From contig CAZQFB010000001.1 in NCBI GenBank assembly GCA_964592525.1, positions 212,413 to 276,412 on the forward strand: DNA of 64,000 nt. Direction: 5' to 3'. Under the pieces are notes generated by a model, which saw only the letters and a list, made by a program, of their open reading frames with translations, did not search any database and had not been told where the DNA came from. Positions 28,919 through 38,873 of the stretch are shown here, piece by piece. The first letter of the stretch is position 1, and every line of letters starts with the position of its first letter. A program made the position numbers and the translations under genes. Origin of the DNA: an uncultured Candidatus Saccharibacteria bacterium (GTDB taxonomy: Bacteria > Patescibacteriota > WWE3 > CAZQFB01).

Positions 28919-30493
28919 ATGAAATTGATTTCCTTTGCTAAAAAAATAAGTGGCCAAGATTTTCGTTTGTTAATGGCTGTGTTTTTAATTGCTTTTCTAC
29001 CTCTTATTTATCAAATGGGTAATACGCATATTCAACCGACTGCTGATTTGTGGGTGCAAAGAAGTGTCAGTTTCATGACCGAGTTTAGACGGTTCAATTT
29101 TGCCGGTACTTTCCAGCAATACCACCCCGGGGTGATGGTGATGTGGCCGGTGGCGGTGGGTTCCTGGTTTTTTTACCACATTGTGCATGCTTCAAGCCCC
29201 GTAGTGCCTGATATCTTTAGCCCTCAATATTTCTCGGAATATGTTGTGTATGCCAAGATACCGCTGATGTTGCTGCAAGCGATCTTCATGGTCTTAATCT
29301 TTTTAATTCTTAGAAAAATTTCGGGAGTTAAAATAGCTTTGCTATCTACACTGCTTTTGGCACTAGAGCCTTTTTATCTGGCTAATGCTCGTACTATCCA
29401 TTTGGATACCATGCTGACTTTGACCATGTTTGCGGCTATATTAAGTATGTACCGGAGTTTGGGTACTAAGCTTAGTGCTATTAAAGCGTGGGATGTGCTC
29501 ACGGGGGCTTTATTTGGATTCAGTTGGCTCTCCAAGATTGTCACTGCCTATCTTATTCCCTTCAGTGCTTTGGCTTTATTGATCACTCCAGGTTCTATTA
29601 GGGATAAGTTCAAAAAGTTTGCTTTATACCTCTTAATTGGGTTGGGGATCTTTGTTATTTTTTATCCGGCGATGTGGGTAGCTCCTTATGAAACGTTGGT
29701 GGGCAAGATTATTCACGGTGGGGTTTTGGAGGTGGGTTTGGAAGATGTCAGTCGGGGTCTTTTGATTGGGAGTAACTCTGGTTTGTTCTATCATTTGTTT
29801 GGTTACCCTCTGACTATTATCTACAGGCTTTCTCCCCTTATTTCTCTTGGTTTAGCTGCCTTTATGGCGCAGTTATTATTTTTTAGAAAAAGTGATCCGG
29901 TCAATAAAAGATTTACTCTTTATCTTTTCCTTTTTGCCTTTTTTTATCTTGCCATGATGTCTTTTTCCACCAAGAAGATCTATCGGTATATGTTACCAGT
30001 CTTTCCGGTGTTGGCTGTTTATTCAGCTTATGGTTGGTTTTTTATCTCAACAGTCTTGAAGGAGAATTTGGCTTTCAATAAAGAAAGAGTTTTTACTTAC
30101 GTGGTTGCCTTTATTATGTTTGCTTATGCTGCTTGTTTTTTAAGGATAGCGCCCAATTTTTTTGCTTACTTTAATCCTCTTTTAGGCGGTATTACTGGCG
30201 CTAAGGAAATAGTTGATCTAAACCAGGATGCTACTGGGTATTATCTAGTGGCGGATTATTTAAACCAACTTGCTCCCGGGAAAGTGGTGGCTTGTTATGA
30301 TTGGAAAATATTAGGTTTGCTATATCAAGGTGAAACGCTCAGTATCCGCAGGGAGGAAAAGCCTATTACCGCTGATTTTATCTTGTTACCGCTCCAGCGA
30401 GGTTATGAGTGGTTAACGAATGAGTATAACCTGATCAAAACCTTTAAAGTTGCTGGTGTTGATTACTGGTATTTATATCAGCGAGCTAATTAA
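28919..30493 (+). CDS. polytopic membrane protein, GT-C-like (putative glycosyltransferase)
   Basis: A 524 aa protein. A YHPGV motif follows the first TM segment, and there are about 11 more TM segments. Confidence 0.45.
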   Translation: MKLISFAKKISGQDFRLLMAVFLIAFLPLIYQMGNTHIQPTADLWVQRSVSFMTEFRRFNFAGTFQQYHPGVMVMWPVAVGSWFFYHIVHASSPVVPDIFSPQYFSEYVVYAKIPLMLLQAIFMVLIFLILRKISGVKIALLSTLLLALEPFYLANARTIHLDTMLTLTMFAAILSMYRSLGTKLSAIKAWDVLTGALFGFSWLSKIVTAYLIPFSALALLITPGSIRDKFKKFALYLLIGLGIFVIFYPAMWVAPYETLVGKIIHGGVLEVGLEDVSRGLLIGSNSGLFYHLFGYPLTIIYRLSPLISLGLAAFMAQLLFFRKSDPVNKRFTLYLFLFAFFYLAMMSFSTKKIYRYMLPVFPVLAVYSAYGWFFISTVLKENLAFNKERVFTYVVAFIMFAYAACFLRIAPNFFAYFNPLLGGITGAKEIVDLNQDATGYYLVADYLNQLAPGKVVACYDWKILGLLYQGETLSIRREEKPITADFILLPLQRGYEWLTNEYNLIKTFKVAGVDYWYLYQRAN

Positions 30494-30540
30494 GACCTTC
30501 GCTGTTTCTTGTTTGATGCCTTAAGAGAGAGCTATTTTGC

Positions 30541-32175
30541 TTAGAGTTGGTAAAGATAAATGGTGTTGCCAATGATGGTGCTAGGTTTTTCTTTTCTTAG
30601 CCACGAGAAACAAGCTGCCTGTTCTTTGCTTAAACCCACCAAATGGTTGATGCTAATTCCAATAAATCCTGTCGTGGGGGTACAGGTTAACGGTTCACAA
30701 GTGATCTCTCGATACTCGCAGCGATCATAGCCAAAATAACTTAATTTGATGGCTTGTTGGTGATTTGTTTTCATGTAGTTGGCTAATTGTTTAAGGTCTT
30801 GCCCCCAATCTAGATTGGAATCAATTAAGATACGGTGTCCTTTGCTTGGTCCTCCGGCCAACTCATTAAAATAAGTCAAATAGTCCGGGTAAATACTCAA
30901 ATTAGCAAGGAGAAACCACAAAGGTAGACCAACTAGTAACGCTTTGGCAAGGTAATTTTGGCGTTTGAGCAAAATAAATTGACCTAAAAAGGTAAATAGA
31001 AATGGGTATATAGGAAGGATGTATCTTAAGCCAATATTAATGTGGGTGGTAAATGATAGGAGCACCGTAGCTAATATGGGAAGGAGAAGATAAACCTCTT
31101 TGTTGAAGAAGCTCTTCTTGCCCCTTTTCCTTGCACCCAGACCTACAATGATGAGCATGATGATTATGGCCAGAGGAGTTTTTACTAAAAAAGCAATTAA
31201 AAAATAGTACCACCAACCCTGCGTAGAGTGTTGACCTAGTAAATAACTGGGATGCCCATGTTGGTTATGGCTAAGTTGTATCAACAGTCCTTTAAAGAAG
31301 GTAGCTATTTCGGTAAAGTGATAAAGGGAAGCCAGAGCTAGCAAGGCAACGATCATTAAGCTTAAGCTGTATTTTTTTATCATTTTTTTGGCGTTTCTGA
31401 TTTCCGGTAGAGTGGGTCTTTCTTTTAAGAGGTAGTATTTTCTAAATTGGTGATTGAAGAGGAGAAAGTACGACACTAAGAAGAACAACAACCCGGAGTG
31501 TTTTGAGCCCACACACAGCCCCAGGCTTAGTCCGGCGAGCAGTAAATGTTTGTTTTTGCCCCCTTTTTCCAGGAACAGATATAAAAGAAAAATAGCCAGA
31601 TACGCAAAGATGGTTACCCCAAAATCAACCGAGACTAACTGGGTAAAAGAAAGTATTGTTGGTGAGAAAGTGTAAAGGAACAAAGAAAACAGTCCTGCTT
31701 TGGTGCCATACAGTGTAGAGCTAAAATGATAAATGATTAAACCTAGTAATAGACCAAGAAGGATCACCGGAACTCTACCAGCTAAAACGAGACGATCGGT
31801 ATTATTATTTTGGAAATACAACAGCTGGTGAGCAAAATTAATATCATCTGCCTCTAGCCAAGAAAGGTGATCAAGGGGTAGGTGGGGTTTGAGTAATAGT
31901 AAAGGTGCTCCGGCAATAAGTTTGATTAGCGGTGCGGTTTCGGGATTAAGTCGGTAATCTCCAGTAGTCAGATACGAGTAACCAGCGGGAATGTAGATTA
32001 TTTCATCCATGGTGACAGATTTTTGGCTAAGACTCGTTAGCGCTAAGATAAAAAAACATGTCAGCAGGATAAGAATTACGGAAAGGGTTAGCTTTTGTCC
32101 AGGGAACATAATCTTTGAGAGTGTGACTGATAATATCATATCAGGAAAGAGAGATCGTGCTAAAATGTGAAGCAA
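30541..32175 (-). CDS. GT-C membrane glycosyltransferase, PMT/ArnT-like
   Basis: VTMDEIIYIP...ETAPLIKLI gives a DE motif and a PPLxK-like motif. The protein is 544 aa. Confidence 0.6.
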   Translation of the reverse strand: MLHILARSLFPDMILSVTLSKIMFPGQKLTLSVILILLTCFFILALTSLSQKSVTMDEIIYIPAGYSYLTTGDYRLNPETAPLIKLIAGAPLLLLKPHLPLDHLSWLEADDINFAHQLLYFQNNNTDRLVLAGRVPVILLGLLLGLIIYHFSSTLYGTKAGLFSLFLYTFSPTILSFTQLVSVDFGVTIFAYLAIFLLYLFLEKGGKNKHLLLAGLSLGLCVGSKHSGLLFFLVSYFLLFNHQFRKYYLLKERPTLPEIRNAKKMIKKYSLSLMIVALLALASLYHFTEIATFFKGLLIQLSHNQHGHPSYLLGQHSTQGWWYYFLIAFLVKTPLAIIIMLIIVGLGARKRGKKSFFNKEVYLLLPILATVLLSFTTHINIGLRYILPIYPFLFTFLGQFILLKRQNYLAKALLVGLPLWFLLANLSIYPDYLTYFNELAGGPSKGHRILIDSNLDWGQDLKQLANYMKTNHQQAIKLSYFGYDRCEYREITCEPLTCTPTTGFIGISINHLVGLSKEQAACFSWLRKEKPSTIIGNTIYLYQL

Positions 32176-33368
32176 TGAAAATAGCCATTTTTTCCACGAC
32201 CTTTTTTCCTCAAACCGGTGGTGCGGAAAGGTTTATGCACGGTTTGGCGACAAGGTTGGTTAAGCAAGGTCATCAAGTGGTGGTTATTGCCCCGATTGCG
32301 AAAGAATTAAACACCCACTCTTTTAGTTATAAGGTTTTTCGTTTGAGATTGCTGGCTCTTTTTATCCCCAGCAGTGTTTTTTATAACCTGACGTTACTGC
32401 TTAATTTATTTGTCTGTTACTGGCGGCATCGTTTTGAGGTTTTACAGGTAGTGGGTTTATATCCAGCCGGTGAGGCAGCGCGCTGGTTGGTTCGCTTCTT
32501 GCCAAAGGTGACTTTGGTGGCTAGGGCAACTGGTTCTGATATCTTGATTTTTCCAACCATTAATTACGGCTTGCGACTTGATCCCAAGATGGATGCTCGG
32601 ATTAAAAATATTATTCATGCTGCAGATGCGCTGGTTGCCAACAGTAATTCTGTTAAAGAAGAGTACCTCAAAGTTACTCCCGAGTCAGATAAAATTGTGG
32701 TTATACCCAATGCTCTGGATCTGGATAAATTTGTTACCACTCAAGAAAGTAACAGAGTGGTACGGAGGAAATGGTGTGATAATGATAACGCTCGCATCGT
32801 TCTTTCTGTGGGTCGTAATGAAGAAAGAAAAAACTTTGCGCTTTTAATCCAAAGTATGGAAGAGATAATGGTTAAGGAAGAGTATGAAGATGTTTATTGT
32901 GTCATCGTGGGAGCGGAAACGAAAAAACTAAAATCTTTGGTGGAGGCTTCGGTGATTGAAAATAGGTTTATTTTTGCCGGTCCGTTGCCGGTAGAAGGCA
33001 CTATGGAATATGAGAATTATCCTCCCCCCGAACTGATCGAGTTGTATTTGGCAAGCTCTCTCTTTGCCTTACCTTCTACCATTGAAGGTCAACCCAATGT
33101 TCTTTTGGAGGCTATGGCTGCAGGTTTGCCCATGGTGGCTGGAAATGTGCCCGGTAGTAAAGATGTTATTGAACATGGCAAGACAGGTTTTCTAGTTGAT
33201 CTGGAGCATCCCGCCGAGTTTACCGCGGCTTTGGAAAGATTATTATTACAGCCCGAGCTTCATCAGCGAATGAGTTTAGAGGCAAAGAAAAAAGCACAGG
33301 ATTATAATTGGGATATAGTCGTTGATCAGTATTTAAGACTTTATCTAAGTTGTAATGAGCATAAGTAG
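32157..33368 (+). CDS. GT4 family glycosyltransferase
   Basis: VLLEAMAAGLPMVAGNVPGSKDVIEHGKTGFLV. Confidence 0.75.
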   Translation: MLKCEAMKIAIFSTTFFPQTGGAERFMHGLATRLVKQGHQVVVIAPIAKELNTHSFSYKVFRLRLLALFIPSSVFYNLTLLLNLFVCYWRHRFEVLQVVGLYPAGEAARWLVRFLPKVTLVARATGSDILIFPTINYGLRLDPKMDARIKNIIHAADALVANSNSVKEEYLKVTPESDKIVVIPNALDLDKFVTTQESNRVVRRKWCDNDNARIVLSVGRNEERKNFALLIQSMEEIMVKEEYEDVYCVIVGAETKKLKSLVEASVIENRFIFAGPLPVEGTMEYENYPPPELIELYLASSLFALPSTIEGQPNVLLEAMAAGLPMVAGNVPGSKDVIEHGKTGFLVDLEHPAEFTAALERLLLQPELHQRMSLEAKKKAQDYNWDIVVDQYLRLYLSCNEHK

Positions 33369-35013
33369 ACCACAAAAATTAAGCAGAGCTCTGGTGCTGA
33401 TATTATTGTTGTCCTTTATTTTAAGAATATGGGGCATTTGGCATGGTTTCCCGTTTCTTTATCACCCAGACGAACCAACAGTAGTGAATAGTGCCCTCAC
33501 TTTATGGGGTAAAGGTTTTAATCCCGGTCACTTTGATTGGCCGCATTTTCATTATTATCTAACCGCCTTGATTTATCTGCCCTTGGTTCTTTTATTGTGG
33601 TTTAAGAATGGAGGTATTGAGGGTTTACTTGCTAACCTGGTTCCTTTTTTTCTCCTAGCACGTTTACTTTCGGCGGGTATGGGTGTTGCTAGTGTATATT
33701 TAACCTATAAGATTGCCGAGAAGTTGTTTAATCACAAGACAGCTTATCTGGCGGCTCTTTTCCTGGCGATAAATACTACCCATGTTTTTAATTGCCAACA
33801 CGCTTTGATTGATGTCCCCATGACTTTTTGGCTTTTAGTGTCTTTTTACTTTTCTGTTCTTATCATTGCCCGCCCTACCCTAAGAACTTATGCCTTAGCG
33901 GGGTTTTTCCTTGGGTTGGCCACTTCCACAAAATACAACGCCGCTTTAGGACTCATGTTCATTTTAGGGGCTCATTGGTCTAGGCATCTTAATATTTTAG
34001 TACCTAGGAATTATCAGGAAGTGAGAAAGTTTGTTTTGAGTTTGGGTTCAATACTTCAGCCATTAAAACCTTTAGTTATTGGAGTTTTAGCCTCGCTATT
34101 GGGTTTCTTTCTAGGTACACCTTTTGCTCTTCTCGATTATAAAACCTTCCTGATGACAGATAACCCAGATGGAGCCCTATGGCAGTTTGTTCATGTTGGT
34201 AGTGGTGGGTTTAACACAGGTGTTCTGGAAAGGTTGCTTTCGGTGCTCTTTGGTGTTTTAGCTCAGGGAACGGGCATATTAATTATCCTGTTAGCTATAT
34301 ATGGATTATTTAAAATCCGAGCCTTCAAGAGGGAAGCAGCTTACCTTATTGTTCCTTTTGTTGTTTTTTATCTGATTTTTGTGGGGGCTTTTAGTTATTC
34401 TCCTGTTCATTTTTTTATCCCCCTAATTCCGTTCCTTTGTATTTTAGCTGGTATCGGTTTTGTATTAATCATCGATTTGATAAATTCTTTTTTTAACCTT
34501 AACAAGAGTAAACAGAAGGTAACCTTTTCAGCTATTTTAATATTGGTTTGTCTTTCTCCCCTGGCTAGATCTGCTTATTCTGACTTTGTGCTTACGCAAA
34601 AAGATACCAGAACCTTGGCTTATGAATGGGTGAGTGAAAATATTACCCCTGGCGCTGGTATTGTGATGGGTAACGATTACGAACCTTTGCTCGACGCGGC
34701 AAGGTATCAGCTTTATGACTTACACGAATTTTTGTTAGATGAAGATTTGTCCGAACCCATTTATCCCAAATTTGAGGACAAAGGAATTAAGTATGGGGTG
34801 TTAGGTAGTTATAATTTGCTGGATAATCTAACCCGGGCCAATTGGGATCCCCAAGAACCAGAGTTCACCGATTACCTACTAGATAATGCTAAGATAGTAG
34901 CAAGGTTTGAGCCCCAAGGTCATCCTGGTCCAGTAGTGATGATTTTTGAGATTGGTTATGACTATGAAGTTTTGCAAAAACACAAAATTTCTCCAGAAAC
35001 TGACAAGAGATAA
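33355..35013 (+). CDS. GT-C membrane glycosyltransferase, PMT/ArnT-like (paralog set A)
   Basis: GFPFLYHPDEPTVV, a paralog of the genes at 26242 and 34946. Confidence 0.6.
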   Translation: MSISRPQKLSRALVLILLLSFILRIWGIWHGFPFLYHPDEPTVVNSALTLWGKGFNPGHFDWPHFHYYLTALIYLPLVLLLWFKNGGIEGLLANLVPFFLLARLLSAGMGVASVYLTYKIAEKLFNHKTAYLAALFLAINTTHVFNCQHALIDVPMTFWLLVSFYFSVLIIARPTLRTYALAGFFLGLATSTKYNAALGLMFILGAHWSRHLNILVPRNYQEVRKFVLSLGSILQPLKPLVIGVLASLLGFFLGTPFALLDYKTFLMTDNPDGALWQFVHVGSGGFNTGVLERLLSVLFGVLAQGTGILIILLAIYGLFKIRAFKREAAYLIVPFVVFYLIFVGAFSYSPVHFFIPLIPFLCILAGIGFVLIIDLINSFFNLNKSKQKVTFSAILILVCLSPLARSAYSDFVLTQKDTRTLAYEWVSENITPGAGIVMGNDYEPLLDAARYQLYDLHEFLLDEDLSEPIYPKFEDKGIKYGVLGSYNLLDNLTRANWDPQEPEFTDYLLDNAKIVARFEPQGHPGPVVMIFEIGYDYEVLQKHKISPETDKR

Positions 35014-36598
35014 ACCATTTTTACTATTAGTATCAGTTTCATTTATTTTGAATCTATTTGGCGTTACTTGGGGGTTTCCCCATTTATACCATCCCGATGA
35101 ACCAGTCATTATCAGAGATGCTCTTGGTGTTTCCCAATATGAGGTCAAGTTAGAACATTTTGATTGGCCGCATCTGCAGACTTATCTTGATTCTTTCTCC
35201 TTTACTATTTTTATTAAGGGGAGGGGTTTTATTAGAGCCGTAGGACTAGAAGATTTTACCAGAACACAATTTCCATTGCTGTGGAATGACAATATTGTCT
35301 TTTATTTTTTGGGTAGACTTTGGACGGTGTTATACGGTGCTCTTACGGTTGGTCTTGTCTATCTAATAGGAAAGCATTTCTTTACCAAAAGAGCGGCTTT
35401 GTTCTCTGCCTTGCTTCTGCTACTTAACTCACTGTTTTTAACCAATACCCGACTTGCTACTATTGATATTCCCATGTTGTTCTGGCTTACCTTTTCTCTT
35501 TATTTCTGTTTTCGAGTAGTAACACTAGGATCATTAGCGAGTTATATGTTAGCTGGACTTTTAGCAGGCTTGGCTGCTTCTACCAAGTACAACGGTGGGT
35601 TTGCGGTGATCACCTTGTTGGTAGCCTTTATGTTATCCGTTTTGGTAAAGAAGAAAAATATCCTGGCGGAGTTTAGAAAACTTGTAATTTCGGGAGCAAC
35701 TAGTCTGTTTGGTTTCTTTCTCGGTACACCGAATGCTTTATTTGAATATCATACTTTTCTAAACACAGAAAACCCTTCTGGGGCAATGTGGCAGTTTACT
35801 AGACCCGGTAACTCGGGGGGGATAACTTACCTGGAAAAAATAAGAGGCAGGCTATTTGTATTGATGGACGCTATGGGGTTTTTGCCTCTAGTATCCGCTG
35901 TGGTGGGTGTGCTTAACGCTTTTATTAAGCGTCACTGGTCATTAATCCTCCTGTCGGTTTTCCCCACCGCATATTATTTATATGTGGGGGGGTTTGAGTA
36001 CTTTCAACCCCATTTTTTACTGCCAACCATGCCCTATCTTTCTTTGCTGGCGGGAGTAACCTTTTCTTCATTATTAGGTAAAGTTGAGCAGCATACTTCT
36101 TTGCGTACGGACAAAAGGAGGGTTATTAATGTCATTCTTTGTTTGTTGTTTTTTGTTGGCCCTCTTTATTTAGCTATGCTTAATAAACAAATTGTGCTGA
36201 AGAAAGATAGCAGAACCGTGGCTCTGGAGTGGATTAATGAGAACATCCCCGCTGGCTCAACAATTGCACAAGGTAGTGATTATGAGCCACCATTAGAAAG
36301 CCGAGAGGGACTAAAAGGTATTGATAACAGACCAGACAGATATTATCTAAAGTCGTTTTCTGAACTTGAACGTACGCATCATTTAGAGGCTTCTTTAGCA
36401 GAAAAGTTGAAGGCAGAGGGGGTTGAGTATCTTGTTTTCGGTACTTTTGGTATGGCTAAAGATTACGAAGAAGCGGTTTGGGATGAGGAGGTTCCTACTA
36501 GGTTGGGTTGGCTTAAGAAGTATGCGGAAATGATTTATCGCGTGGATGAAGAAGGTCGTTTAGGACCAACTATATTTGTGTTTAAAATAAAACCGTGA
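34946..36598 (+). CDS. GT-C membrane glycosyltransferase, PMT/ArnT-like (paralog set A)
   Basis: GFPHLYHPDEPVII. The probable start is at the internal Met (MKFCKN, about 34964), which leaves about 50 nt of overlap with the upstream paralog. Confidence 0.6.
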   Translation: MRLVMTMKFCKNTKFLQKLTRDKPFLLLVSVSFILNLFGVTWGFPHLYHPDEPVIIRDALGVSQYEVKLEHFDWPHLQTYLDSFSFTIFIKGRGFIRAVGLEDFTRTQFPLLWNDNIVFYFLGRLWTVLYGALTVGLVYLIGKHFFTKRAALFSALLLLLNSLFLTNTRLATIDIPMLFWLTFSLYFCFRVVTLGSLASYMLAGLLAGLAASTKYNGGFAVITLLVAFMLSVLVKKKNILAEFRKLVISGATSLFGFFLGTPNALFEYHTFLNTENPSGAMWQFTRPGNSGGITYLEKIRGRLFVLMDAMGFLPLVSAVVGVLNAFIKRHWSLILLSVFPTAYYLYVGGFEYFQPHFLLPTMPYLSLLAGVTFSSLLGKVEQHTSLRTDKRRVINVILCLLFFVGPLYLAMLNKQIVLKKDSRTVALEWINENIPAGSTIAQGSDYEPPLESREGLKGIDNRPDRYYLKSFSELERTHHLEASLAEKLKAEGVEYLVFGTFGMAKDYEEAVWDEEVPTRLGWLKKYAEMIYRVDEEGRLGPTIFVFKIKP

Positions 36599-38187
36599 CA
36601 GTTGTTAGTACTCTAATTAGAGTGGTTAAAACAGACAGAAGTTATCAGCTATTAATAGTGGTTCTGTTTTTGGCATCCTTTTTAAGGTTTTATCGAGTGG
36701 GTTCAGATATTTTTAATGATGACGCCCAGTTTTGGTTTGCGCGTTCAATTACTCATATTGAGGCTCTCAAGGAATTGGATTTTGAGGACACTTTTATCAA
36801 TACAAAACCGGGGGTGACTATTCAATGGTTAACCGGCTTGAGCTTGGATATTTTTCTCAATCTTTATAACAAGATTTTTCATTTCAAACCCCTTTTATAT
36901 ACAGCGGAAACTTTTAGGTGGGTTGATCTAGCGGCCAAATCTCCTCTTATTCTGCTTACAATATTATTTTTGCCCTTTTTATATGCGATTATCGAAAAAA
37001 ATCTGAATAGAGATATCGCTATTTTTACCACTATATTTTTAGCCTTTGAGCCTTTTTATATAGGTATAAGTAGGTGGTTGCACGTGGAGGGTATCTTGGC
37101 TGTTTTTATGCCTGTTTCAGTTTTTCTTTTTATTCAGTACTTATTTGATAAAAATAAAAAATGGTTGCTATTATCGGGCATAGCTTCTGGTTTGGCTCTG
37201 CTTACTAAATCCCCTGCTGTGTTTTTGTGGCTATTCATCCCTTTATCCTTTCTTGTCTATTCAACCATTTATAAAAGTACAAATATCTTTAAGCAAAAAA
37301 TCAAGTTTTTTGTCCGGGATTACCTTGCCTGGTTGTTAATTACTTTGGTTACCTTCATATTACTTTTTCCGGCTATGTGGGTTCAACCCGTTGAGGTTGT
37401 AGGAAGGATAATTGGGGATACGATCTATACCGGCTCGGTAGGTCGCAACAATATTGAGGGTCCCTTGTTTTATAGCTATGCCTTTTTTATGAGAACCTCT
37501 CCTTTGTTAATCTTATCTTTTTTGGGGGGGTTATTTGTACTTATCAAGAGGTATAAGAAGCTCCCTCAAAAGACAAGACTTGTGCTAGTGCTATCTGGTC
37601 TTTTTGTCTTTTTCTATTTCTTAATGATGAGTTTGGCGGCCCAAAAAATGGATCGTTATTTACTGACGATTTATCCTTTTATTGCCATAATCGCCTCTTT
37701 TGGGGTGGTTTCTTTATTAGCTAGTTTTGAGAGTAAACATGCTCTTGTGCTAGGGATGGTTATTATTTGCCAGTTTGCTTTCGCTTTATATTACACACCA
37801 TATTTCACTACTTACTACAACCCTCTGCTGGGGGGTAGAGAAACAGCCTCAAAATTATGGCGTGTAGAATCTACCGGTCAGCTTTACCCGGAAGTGGCTA
37901 AGTGGGTTAATTCCCATGATAATCCTTACGAGCTGAACACGGTGGTAAATTATACGGGGCATAGTTTAAGGCCTTACATTTTGGGTAAAGTTTTTAGTAA
38001 GAATGAAAACCTGCCCGAGGGTTTGGAGGCAGACTTTTTTATTGTGCCTTGGGACCAAACCTTGTCTTTGAGATGGCAACAATGTTTCCCAATGGATGAG
38101 ATTAGGTATCATGGTGATTTGTACTGGACTATTTATGGGTGTAATGAAAAGTGGAGGGGAGAGGTGAAGAGCGAGCAAACCTATTAG
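36595..38187 (+). CDS. polytopic membrane protein, GT-C-like (ArnT-like DD loop)
   Basis: A 530 aa protein. The first loop carries FNDDAQFW (an acidic pair), and there are about 12 TM segments. Confidence 0.45.
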   Translation: MTVVSTLIRVVKTDRSYQLLIVVLFLASFLRFYRVGSDIFNDDAQFWFARSITHIEALKELDFEDTFINTKPGVTIQWLTGLSLDIFLNLYNKIFHFKPLLYTAETFRWVDLAAKSPLILLTILFLPFLYAIIEKNLNRDIAIFTTIFLAFEPFYIGISRWLHVEGILAVFMPVSVFLFIQYLFDKNKKWLLLSGIASGLALLTKSPAVFLWLFIPLSFLVYSTIYKSTNIFKQKIKFFVRDYLAWLLITLVTFILLFPAMWVQPVEVVGRIIGDTIYTGSVGRNNIEGPLFYSYAFFMRTSPLLILSFLGGLFVLIKRYKKLPQKTRLVLVLSGLFVFFYFLMMSLAAQKMDRYLLTIYPFIAIIASFGVVSLLASFESKHALVLGMVIICQFAFALYYTPYFTTYYNPLLGGRETASKLWRVESTGQLYPEVAKWVNSHDNPYELNTVVNYTGHSLRPYILGKVFSKNENLPEGLEADFFIVPWDQTLSLRWQQCFPMDEIRYHGDLYWTIYGCNEKWRGEVKSEQTY

Positions 38188-38269
38188 TTCAGTACCGGTA
38201 GTTGCCAGCATATCATTAAACTAGCGTTTAGCTTCGCACTACCTACACTCTCGATCGGGGGGTAACAAA

Positions 38270-38797
38270 GTGATATTCTGTTTTTGGTTACACCTGATCT
38301 GCGAGAGTTACTTCACTAATGGTTTGCTCACTCTTAAGGAAAATAATTTAATGAAAGATTGTATTTTTTGCTCCATTGTTAAAGGTGACGTGCCTTGTCA
38401 TAAGGTGTGGGAGAGTAACACTCATCTGGCTTTTTTGGATATTTTCCCTAACACCGAGGGGGTAACAGTGGTGATAAGTAAAGACCACGAAGGAAGTGAT
38501 CCTTGTCAGGTGAATGAAAAAACATATGTGGCTTTAATGTTGGCGGCTTGGGAGGTTGGCAAGTTGCTGGTTGAAAAAATGGCTGATGTGGGGAGGGTGG
38601 GGATAATGATTGAAGGGACCGGGGTGGATCATTTACACGCTAAGCTATTTCCCATGCATGGTACGGTCGATGGTTCTTGGCAAGCAATGGAGGAGAAAAG
38701 ATTTTTTACCAAATATCCGGGGTTTATTTCCTCTAATACAGCAGAGCAAGCGACTGAAGATGAGTTAGCTTCCCTTGCACGTAAAATCCGCACCTAA
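38270..38797 (+). CDS. HIT (histidine triad)-like nucleotide hydrolase/transferase family protein
   Basis: CIFCSIVKGDVP...AFLDIFPNTEG has the HIT fold signature. The C-terminal GVDHLHAKLFPM is a partially degenerate HxHxH triad. The true start is probably the internal Met near 38351. Confidence 0.5.
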   Translation: MIFCFWLHLICESYFTNGLLTLKENNLMKDCIFCSIVKGDVPCHKVWESNTHLAFLDIFPNTEGVTVVISKDHEGSDPCQVNEKTYVALMLAAWEVGKLLVEKMADVGRVGIMIEGTGVDHLHAKLFPMHGTVDGSWQAMEEKRFFTKYPGFISSNTAEQATEDELASLARKIRT

Positions 38798-38873
38798 AAA
38801 GGTCGGACCTTTTTATCGCCTATAAATACTGGGGTTTAGCACGGCGGTGCTATACTACTGTTATAGGATATTG

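Noticed and set aside
34946-35013. Possible frameshift or pseudogene at the junction of the two paralogous GT-C genes
   Set aside because: Both reading frames are intact, and the downstream gene has a plausible internal Met start matching its paralogs' N-termini. An overlap of about 50 nt is unusual but not evidence of disruption.
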